Assembly: GCA_047285305.1 (NCBI GenBank)
Contig: JBJBDL010000003.1
Span: 1,504,001 to 1,568,000, forward strand
Length of the DNA stretch: 64,000 nucleotides
Direction: 5' to 3'
From: Synechococcus sp.
GTDB lineage: Bacteria > Cyanobacteriota > Cyanobacteriia > PCC-6307 > Cyanobiaceae
The translations under genes and the position numbers were made by a program. The notes below the pieces were generated by a model. The model did not search any database. It saw only the letters and a list, made by a program, of their open reading frames with translations, and was not told the DNA's origin. Shown piece after piece: positions 39,635 through 46,874 of the stretch (positions are counted from its first letter, which is position 1; each line of letters opens with the position of its first letter).

Positions 39635-39811
39635 CCTGAAGAACCCTGTTTTCAGTGGGTTACATCAGTCACAGTTATCCACTGGACTGGCCGTGGACTG
39701 CAGGCAAAACCATCAAGAAAATAGTTTTTTGGACAATAAAGGCCGACGCAACAAATCACGTGCACAGCAAACAAAAACCACCAATTTTTTAAATCTTGAG
39801 GATTAGTGCTA

Positions 39812-39860
39812 GTCGCAGATAAGACTCTCGCTGGGTCCTGTAACGTGTCGCAGGCAAGAC
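39812..39860 (+). repeat. 49-bp double-dyad element, copy 2
   Basis: GTCGCAGATAAGAC-TCTCGCTGGGTCCTGTAACGT-GTCGCAGGCAAGAC. Confidence 0.85.
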
Positions 39861-39906
39861 CTGAGAATCTGTTGATCAGACCGCGAACGGATGATCGGAT
39901 TGGACA

Positions 39907-40429
39907 ATGGCCGCGCGATGGATTGAACGGCGGTTTGACTCGGATTCCGGCTGATCAGCATCCTCACGGTGGCGCTGAGCCTGCTCGGAAGCGTTGGCTG
40001 CCTCGTGATTGAGGTGGGTGAAATCTTTATGCTTTCCTTGTGACCATGCGCCTGCTCTTCAATGCCAAAAGCGCTGCCGCCAAGACCATCGCCCAGATGG
40101 TGGAGGGATTTGATTACTTCGTGATCGGCATCGCCCTGCTGATCTTTGGCTGTGGCATCGATGAGCTTGTGATCTCAGATCTTGATCCACGCCTGGAGGG
40201 TGGCGAGGAGCAGCACACCAACATTCTCTCGGTGAACAGCCTTCAAAACCTGAAAAACAATCTCTCCAATGTGATTGTTGTGGGCATGATTGTCGCTGCG
40301 TTCAAACAGACCATCGGCTTCGAGGTGAACAACGCCACTGATCTTTTGGCGCTAAATGGGTCGGTGGCCATCTTGGCCCTAAGTGCTTGGTTGATTGTTC
40401 GCAGCCACGGCGCCGGTCACGAGCCATAA
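39907..40429 (+). pseudogene. yqhA: YqhA/UPF0114-family membrane protein, two frameshifts
   Basis: Three frames: MAARWIERRF (stop 39952), FRLISILTVALSLLGSVGC (stop 40041), then AFLVTMR..DYFVIGIALLIFGCGIDELVISDLD..SLQNLKNNL. Confidence 0.82.
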
Positions 40430-40436
40430 CGCGCAC

Positions 40437-40485
40437 GTCTCAATCAAGACACGGTCCTAGTCCTATTACGCGTCCCAACAGGGAT
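40437..40485 (+). repeat. 49-bp double-dyad element, copy 3
   Basis: GTCTCAATCAAGAC-ACGGTCCTAGTCCTATTACGC-GTCCCAACAGGGAT. Confidence 0.82.
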
Positions 40486-40491
40486 AAGTGA

Positions 40492-41493
40492 TCAACGATT
40501 TCTGTACAGCTCACGCAACAACCGATAGGCCTCATTGAGTCGGCGCATCGCGTCGGTGGAACCACCCGCATCGGGATGTTCTTCAAGCGCCCGTTGCTTG
40601 TAAGCCTCACGAATGGAGCTCAAAGTGACCGAAGTCCCTGCTTGGGTTGATAAGCCCAACAGCTTGAGAGCCCCATGCACCGTCATTGTTGACTCAAGGG
40701 TTTCGAAGGAGGTGACCTGTCTGCTGCGGCGGAAACGGTTCACAAAGCGGCGGATCAGGGTCGGCATACGTTCCGCCAATGAGGATGTTGCAAAGGGATC
40801 CTCAAGAGCGCCAGCCACGACCATCACCCGACCCAGCGATGGATCGCTTGACTCCCAGCTGGCACACAGCGTCTCAACGGCTGCATTCGCAGCCGACCAG
40901 GTGAATGGACGCCCATCACTGGTATCGGTGCTGGACCAGACATCACGGGCAAGCCAGGTCATGGCCGCTTCAATCACTGTTGGGCCCGGTGGTTGGCCAT
41001 AGAGGGACCTCCAGTGCTCTTCGGCGGCAGCACTGGCCTCTCTTAGATCAGTGGGGTCCACCGTTGAGACAAGGGGGTCGTTCTGAGGGGAATCGCGTTG
41101 CTGCGGAGAGCGAAGCGTCGCTTTCAACTGACTGGTGCGTTTGCTGACGAACCCAGGCAAGTCGATGCCTGAAGAGCCACCCCCCGAAGGAAGCCCAGAG
41201 GCTGAGGTTGGAGCATCTTCAACCCCTTGTTGTTGGTTGCCCGTTGAGATCAGAACAAGACTGGTGACCTCATCGGGGCGACTGGAGACCGCTGGTTCAG
41301 CATCGCCCTTAAGAGGATCGACCTCTGGATCCGACGCTGCATCCCCAGGGTCGAGCAAATCCTGGAGGAGCATTTCGAGAACCCGGCCACGGGAACGAGC
41401 TCCGTATTCACCCTTGAGCTGGTCAATCAACGCGACCATGGGCTCTGACATCTCCACAGAGATGCGTTGACGTTTTGAGTCCTCGCCGCTCAA
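40492..41493 (-). CDS. Ribbon-helix-helix + C-terminal J-domain protein
   Basis: N-terminal RISVEMSEPMVALIDQL..SRGRVLEMLL; C-terminal IREAYKQRALEEHPDAGG..RRLNEAY; TTG start. Confidence 0.85.
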   Translation of the reverse strand: MSGEDSKRQRISVEMSEPMVALIDQLKGEYGARSRGRVLEMLLQDLLDPGDAASDPEVDPLKGDAEPAVSSRPDEVTSLVLISTGNQQQGVEDAPTSASGLPSGGGSSGIDLPGFVSKRTSQLKATLRSPQQRDSPQNDPLVSTVDPTDLREASAAAEEHWRSLYGQPPGPTVIEAAMTWLARDVWSSTDTSDGRPFTWSAANAAVETLCASWESSDPSLGRVMVVAGALEDPFATSSLAERMPTLIRRFVNRFRRSRQVTSFETLESTMTVHGALKLLGLSTQAGTSVTLSSIREAYKQRALEEHPDAGGSTDAMRRLNEAYRLLRELYRNR

Positions 41494-41517
41494 AAGTTCA
41501 ATCCACCTTTGGGCAGG

Positions 41518-43059
41518 TTATCGACCCTGAAGCTGGAGCAACCACTGCTGCTGAGATCGAATCACATCGCCGTAACTGGGACGGTCGACAGGCACCACAG
41601 CCGGCATCAAAGGAACCGGCCTTACAGACGCTGGATTGACAGGTGCAGGATTCACAACAACAGGCTTGGCTTCAGGCGGGGGAGGAGCAGTCTGGGGCCC
41701 CACCATGCGGGATTTAGTGTCCGCGCTTTTGACCTGAGCGTCTTGCTGATGTTGCTTGCGGCGATGAAGCATGGCCAGCTGCTGAACGGGGACAACACTG
41801 AGGAGATGGCCTGGGGTGGCATCGGCCGGATAAACCAATCTCACCTTCACCACCTTGCGTTTGCCTTGCACCAGGTTGAGTTCAGCCAGGGCCAGACTCT
41901 CCCCTGAGCGCATGCCCACGTGAACCTCTTGAAGGGTTCGATCCTGAAGAATCTGCAGAGATCCACGGAAGGCTGTGAACGTCTTCTTGCCAGACACAAC
42001 CGGGTGACTCAGCACCAGTTGATGGGGCCCTACACCAGAAACATTGAGGGTCACGTCGTAGTGAACTCCATATGTGCCGACGTTGTGCAGAGCTGAATCA
42101 ATCATCCGTGTGATCAACGGATTGACCTGAACATCACTGGTGCCGAAATGATGCCGCTTCGTGCTGGTCAGTGGCACGTGCAGTGGCCCCTGGTTGAGGT
42201 CATGGCTGATCTCAGCCTTGTAGGCATCGCCCAGGGCAACGCCGGCAACCCTGGAGAAAACACGACCCAGCTGAATCTCGCGAATCCGGTTTAGATAAAT
42301 CCTCCCCGGTGCAAGTCGCCCCGACTGCAGCACCGCGAAAAGATCGGCATCCTGTGCTGATTCCTCGGCGGCAACGACAGCCATCGTGAAAGGACCGTTG
42401 CTGCGTCCTCTCAGCAGACCGTTGGCAATGCCACGGGCAGGGAGCACAGTTCGCACCACCACCCTCTGCCCTCCTGCCGGGATCACGACCTGTTCGGGTA
42501 ATTTTCGGTCCAATTCACCGCGCAGCAGTTGAACGGCGGTGGCATCGCCTGGTCCTGTGTTCCAAGGACGCTTTCCGAGGGGTTTGACTCCCATCAAATG
42601 ATTCGGGTGATAAGGCGCTTCAAAACTGTTTTTGACGGAGCCTCGATCGAACCTCAGTGTGATCGGACTTGATCCGAGATTCGTCGCGATCAGAGCCAGG
42701 GTCATCAAGCCCCTGGATCGACGGCCCCCCAGCTTGGCTTGGTCTTTGGGGTAGTACTTGTGATGCATGTGAACGCCGAACTCACCGTTAAAGGTGTGGG
42801 CAGCGTTACGAAGCGCCTGGTTCGTCTCTGCAGCGATGGCAGAGCCCGCAGCTGTATTCACCAGGATTCCTGGCCCGGTGACGATCTCCGGTTGATTGGA
42901 ATGAAGAACCGGAACGTTGTTGAAGGTGCCGTTGAGAGGTCGTGCCTTCTGACCTGCCATCAGGGCGACAAATGCCTCAGCGCTGCGCTGAAGACCAAAC
43001 TCAAAGCCCGCAAGCGAGACGCAGGTCAAGACTAATGCCGGGATTCGCCTGAGACTCAT
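41518..43059 (-). CDS. DUF3370-family exported protein
   Basis: Signal peptide, PVLHSNQPE, GNYGV-like NVGTYGVHY, AFRG, YPADATP. Confidence 0.78.
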   Translation of the reverse strand: MSLRRIPALVLTCVSLAGFEFGLQRSAEAFVALMAGQKARPLNGTFNNVPVLHSNQPEIVTGPGILVNTAAGSAIAAETNQALRNAAHTFNGEFGVHMHHKYYPKDQAKLGGRRSRGLMTLALIATNLGSSPITLRFDRGSVKNSFEAPYHPNHLMGVKPLGKRPWNTGPGDATAVQLLRGELDRKLPEQVVIPAGGQRVVVRTVLPARGIANGLLRGRSNGPFTMAVVAAEESAQDADLFAVLQSGRLAPGRIYLNRIREIQLGRVFSRVAGVALGDAYKAEISHDLNQGPLHVPLTSTKRHHFGTSDVQVNPLITRMIDSALHNVGTYGVHYDVTLNVSGVGPHQLVLSHPVVSGKKTFTAFRGSLQILQDRTLQEVHVGMRSGESLALAELNLVQGKRKVVKVRLVYPADATPGHLLSVVPVQQLAMLHRRKQHQQDAQVKSADTKSRMVGPQTAPPPPEAKPVVVNPAPVNPASVRPVPLMPAVVPVDRPSYGDVIRSQQQWLLQLQGR

Positions 43060-43211
43060 GCAACTTGCTGTTGTGGTGTGCGGAACGTCGTCGACACAAC
43101 GAAGTGGATGCTCTCAATTCACCGTAGTTCCACGTTCTGAGACAGCCAAGTGATTGGTGAGTCACACCAAGCTTGAAAATCGGTCAGCATGTTCTCAACG
43201 TCGACGCTGAC

Positions 43212-43397
43212 ATGCTTCCTCCGTTCTGCTGCAGCCCCAGCACCGATCACACGAGCCTGCGTCGCCAACATCAAGAACGGAAGTTGTCGATGCTGCGCTT
43301 CTGGCGTGATGGTGCTGAACGGCAGCTGTCGGCACTAAATGCCGCCATCAAAACTCTCCAGGAACAGATAGATCGCGACGCTCAGGCGTCCGGCTGA
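43212..43397 (+). CDS. Small coiled-coil hypothetical protein
   Basis: 61 aa, RKLSMLRFWRDGAERQLSALNAAIKTLQEQI heptad pattern. Confidence 0.7.
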   Translation: MLPPFCCSPSTDHTSLRRQHQERKLSMLRFWRDGAERQLSALNAAIKTLQEQIDRDAQASG

Positions 43398-44036
43398 ACA
43401 GCGTTCAACTTCATCGTGATGGTGTTAAGGCCGCGTTTCACGAGCCTTTGAACCGTAATCGCTGAAACCTCAAGTATTTGCGCTGTTTGCCTCAGGCTCA
43501 TCCCATCGATGGCGACCATCTGCAGGGCACATTTTTTGTCCTTCTCAAGGTTGAGGAATAGCTTGTTCCCCCTGTCCAGGCCTCTGCTCGTTCGACCAGA
43601 TCCAACACTTGCGGTGTCTCGTCGAGAAGGTCGTCGTTGAACTCCACCCAGTGCTGCTTGCTGCGGTAGCGGTCAACCACCAGGGCATCGGCTGAACTCA
43701 GAGAAGAGACCTCTGATCTGCGTACCATCTGCATGGCCAGTTCTTCTAAGGCCCTAGGGAGTCGTATCACTCCGACTCTGTAGCGAAGGAAGTGAAGAAT
43801 GGCTCCCCGAATGTGCGCCTTGGCGAAGCTTGGAAAGAGAGCCCCCCGCTGGGCGTCGTAGCGGTTGTAGGCCTTGATTAGTCCAAGACACCCCACTTGG
43901 AGAAGATCGTCGCTCTCTAGGCCTGTCTGTTGGGCGTAATGACGGGCTATGGGGCGAACCAGATGCCAGTTGTACTGAATTTGACGGTTCCGATTGTCAA
44001 GGCAGGTTTTGTCGGAAGGTTGGTTATGAGTTGCAT
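43382..44036 (-). pseudogene. Group 3 (SigF-like) sigma-70 factor, two frameshifts
   Basis: Region 2 (HLVRPIARHY..DDLLQVGCLGLIKAYNRYD..FAKAHIRGAILHFLR) and region 4 HTH (GMSLRQTAQILEVSAITVQRLVKRGL, stop 43382) are in different frames; the likely ATG at 44036 is out of frame with region 2. Confidence 0.85.
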
Positions 44037-44091
44037 CTCCAGCCTTGGCCGAGAGAAGCGAGCCAAGACATCCCTGCCATCACTGAATTTT

Positions 44092-44943
44092 TCAGCCCTG
44101 CCCCTGCGTGTCAACAACAGCTTGAAGCAGGGCCTCTGGTCCTGAACGCTGAATCCATAGACGATCGGAAGCTGCGGTGCTCAACAAGGATCCAGCGAAG
44201 CCGAGGGCGTTGACACTGAAGCCGCGAAGTCCCTCCCTGCTGCGGCGAACCATGGCCATCCACTGTCGTGTGAGCAACAGGTTGTAAGCCCCTCGCGGGA
44301 AGTCATCGATGCTGGGGTGCCCTAGACCAATGTCTTCAGCCAGAGAGAGATACAGCGCTTGAAGTATTTCACCTGTCAGGGTTGAGCTAATCGCTGCGAC
44401 CCGTGCACTGCGCAACAGAGGGTCCTGAGCAGAAGTGGTTGTGCCAGCCGCACAGGAACGGAACCAATCGTCCCGAGCACAGATCCGCTCCCCTTCTGAT
44501 CGCGGTAACAACTGCAGATGTCGATGCGGCTGACTTGCTCCGGCATCAGGCCCGCTGTTGAAGAACCACAAACCCGTCGTCGTGGCATCAATCGAGGCGA
44601 GGGAGCGCCAATCCTCCATGGACAACCAACCGGTCTGGGGTTGCCAGTCCTGGGTTATGAGCAACATGTGTGAGGTCTGAACGGGATATTTGTTCAGGAT
44701 CACGACGTGGGATTCACCGATCCGGTCAACCTCCAGACGTTGATCCCAGGGGAGAAACGGATTCGGCTTTGGACCCGATGCTCGAAGGTGTTTTGGTGTG
44801 GCGCTGAGGAGATGGCGCAACTCAAAGCGACAACCTCTTTCCCCGATCAGGTGGGTCAATGAGGTGTCGAGCGGCACTAGAGCTCCGGATGCGGTCGCTT
44901 CAACCGTGACCTCCATCGCTTTTCGAAGCAGTTCACTGGTCAT
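44092..44943 (-). CDS. ATP adenylyltransferase / Ap4A phosphorylase (HIT/GalT-like)
   Basis: NPFLP, LNKYPV, FFNSGPDAGASQPHRHLQ, VNALGFAGSLL. Confidence 0.9.
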   Translation of the reverse strand: MTSELLRKAMEVTVEATASGALVPLDTSLTHLIGERGCRFELRHLLSATPKHLRASGPKPNPFLPWDQRLEVDRIGESHVVILNKYPVQTSHMLLITQDWQPQTGWLSMEDWRSLASIDATTTGLWFFNSGPDAGASQPHRHLQLLPRSEGERICARDDWFRSCAAGTTTSAQDPLLRSARVAAISSTLTGEILQALYLSLAEDIGLGHPSIDDFPRGAYNLLLTRQWMAMVRRSREGLRGFSVNALGFAGSLLSTAASDRLWIQRSGPEALLQAVVDTQGQG

Positions 44944-45072
44944 GCCATGTCAACCGTGCCAGCGAGGCTCCTGCGTAGTACCTGCCGAGAACGGCACCGG
45001 AACTGCTGTCAGAGCCACCAGCCGATGATGCCTGATTTCCGCTAGACGGTCTCTTCTTCGCAGCAAGTTCAC

Positions 45073-45801
45073 ATGGTCGAAGAAGCTCCGAACACTTGGG
45101 CTGGCTTGGCTCTGGTGGTTGGCCCCGGTGGGATCGGAGCGGCGGTGGCAGCAGAACTGAAGCGGACCTGCCCTGATCTGAAGGTGCTGAGCGCTGGACG
45201 TCATGGACCTCCAGCGTCCTCACTGCAACTGGACCTCGAGAACGACAGTGATCTGGATGGTCTGAGCCCAAGACTGCGTGCCGAGGGGCTCCCCCTGCGT
45301 TTGGTGTTCAACTGCAGCGGCCGCCTGCACGGTCCTGGGCTTCAACCGGAAAAACGTCTTCAACAGATCGATCGTTCTCAGTTGGAACAGCAATTCGGCA
45401 TCAACGCCATGGCTCCGATCCTGCTGGCCAAGTCGATCGAGCCCTTGCTGCAGCGGGATCAACCCTTTCATTTCGCCAGCCTCAGCGCTCGCGTGGGAAG
45501 CATTGGCGACAACCGCACCGGGGGCTGGTACGGCTACAGAGCGGCCAAGGCGGCTCAGAACCAGCTGCTGCGCTGCCTGAGCATTGAATGGGCCCGCCGC
45601 TGGCCGTTGGCCACCGTGAGCCTGCTGCATCCCGGCACGACCGACACAGGCCTTTCTCGTCCATTCCAGAGCTTCGTGGCACCGGACAAACTTTTCACTC
45701 CAGAACGGGCTGCGAGTCAGTTAGTTGAAGTGTTGCTGCAACAGACCCCGGAACAATCAGGAGCTTTTCTCGCCTGGGACGGTCAGTCGATCGATTGGTG
45801 A
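45073..45801 (+). CDS. SDR oxidoreductase, C-factor (CsgA)-like
   Basis: VVGPGGIG, PEKRL, SARVGSIGDNRTGGWYGYRAAKAA (YxxxK), LHPGTTDT. Confidence 0.9.
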   Translation: MVEEAPNTWAGLALVVGPGGIGAAVAAELKRTCPDLKVLSAGRHGPPASSLQLDLENDSDLDGLSPRLRAEGLPLRLVFNCSGRLHGPGLQPEKRLQQIDRSQLEQQFGINAMAPILLAKSIEPLLQRDQPFHFASLSARVGSIGDNRTGGWYGYRAAKAAQNQLLRCLSIEWARRWPLATVSLLHPGTTDTGLSRPFQSFVAPDKLFTPERAASQLVEVLLQQTPEQSGAFLAWDGQSIDW

Positions 45802-46178
45802 GCGTGCTGTTTCAGTTGGTCAAGGCTCACAACCGTCAGAGCTGTGTCTTCCGTGGCCTCAAGGCGCACCAGCGGTGCGACGCCATCGTCGTAGGCCTGC
45901 TTCCAGCGCGGTGCACAGACGCACCAGTGGTCTCCTGGCTTCAAGCCCGGGAACTGAAAAGCGGGCATCGGCGTGCTCAGGTCATTGCCCTGGGCTTTGC
46001 TGTAACTGAGAAATTGCTCGGTCATCACGCAGCAGATGCTGTGCTGGCCGAGATCCGATGGATCGGTTTGGCAGAGACCATTGCGAAACCAACCCGTCAT
46101 CGGCTCACAACTGCAACTCTGCAGTGGGTCACCAAGAACGTTCTTGGCTGGCGGAAAATCGGGGCTGCTGCTGGACAT
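45783..46178 (-). CDS. DUF2237-family protein
   Basis: NVLG..C..PMTGWFRNGLC, GNDLSTP, PGLKPGDHWCVCA. Confidence 0.88.
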   Translation of the reverse strand: MSSSSPDFPPAKNVLGDPLQSCSCEPMTGWFRNGLCQTDPSDLGQHSICCVMTEQFLSYSKAQGNDLSTPMPAFQFPGLKPGDHWCVCAPRWKQAYDDGVAPLVRLEATEDTALTVVSLDQLKQHAHQSID

Positions 46179-46289
46179 CTGAACGCTCACTCGAGGGGGA
46201 GTCTGCCCAAGGACTGGCACATTTTGACTTCAGACGGTTGACGAACCCCTGGGGGAGCGGGTTAAAGGTCATTCAGTCATGTCCACTCG

Positions 46290-46520
46290 ATGGATTGGGA
46301 GTTCACTGAAGACGCTGCTTTTCTGGCGCTCTGCGATGCGTTTCGCGAGAGCGGTGAAAGCTCGGCGATCGAGTTCCTTGCCAATGGAGAGGGAGCCTTT
46401 CATTTCCAGGACCTGGCCCAGAACGCCGCTGGCGAAGGCCTTGATCTAAGCGAGTCCAGTGCCCTGGAATCGTTCCAGCAAGAAGTGATCGACACGATGG
46501 AGAAGCTCTGCCAGGACTGA
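46290..46520 (+). CDS. Small acidic hypothetical protein
   Basis: 76-aa ATG-started ORF filling the gap; helical and D/E-rich. Confidence 0.75.
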   Translation: MDWEFTEDAAFLALCDAFRESGESSAIEFLANGEGAFHFQDLAQNAAGEGLDLSESSALESFQQEVIDTMEKLCQD

Positions 46521-46554
46521 GCCCGGCAGAGGTAGCTTCTCCGTCAGCAGGAGA

Positions 46555-46827
46555 TCATCCGTAGAAGAAAGCGATCTCCTTGTCCTTCAGACCGTCCCAT
46601 CCGGCCTCAAGCAGCCTCTGATTGAGCGTTTCCTTGTCGAAATGCTTGGCTCCGGTCTTGACCACCCGGTTGCGCATCGATTTGAGGACGCCGCTGCGGG
46701 GGCGCTGACTTTCCAGATCCATCACCTGGTTGTAGAGAGCGAGCATCGCTTCAGGGATTTGACTTCCATCAAGATCCACACCAGCTTTGATGGCGGCATC
46801 AACACCATCCGGTCCGGCAATGGCCAT
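46555..46827 (-). CDS. DUF4090-family protein
   Basis: GVDLDGS, LESQRPRSGVLKSMRNRVV, KEIAFFY; alternative GTG start at 46836. Confidence 0.78.
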   Translation of the reverse strand: MAIAGPDGVDAAIKAGVDLDGSQIPEAMLALYNQVMDLESQRPRSGVLKSMRNRVVKTGAKHFDKETLNQRLLEAGWDGLKDKEIAFFYG

Positions 46828-46874
46828 GGTGAACACAAACAGGGCGCCTCAGGCTATGGGACGCCCCTCAGGAC

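Noticed and set aside
39424..40485. Reading the three 49-bp elements as a CRISPR array, attC sites or terminators
   Set aside because: Spacing of 388/625 bp and divergent copies rule out CRISPR, and there are no cas genes; the ends do not fit RYYYAAC/GTTRRRY; there are no U tails.
44950..45204. 84-aa minus-strand ORF upstream of the Ap4A phosphorylase gene
   Set aside because: Overlaps the SDR gene start and the divergent promoter region; no motifs.
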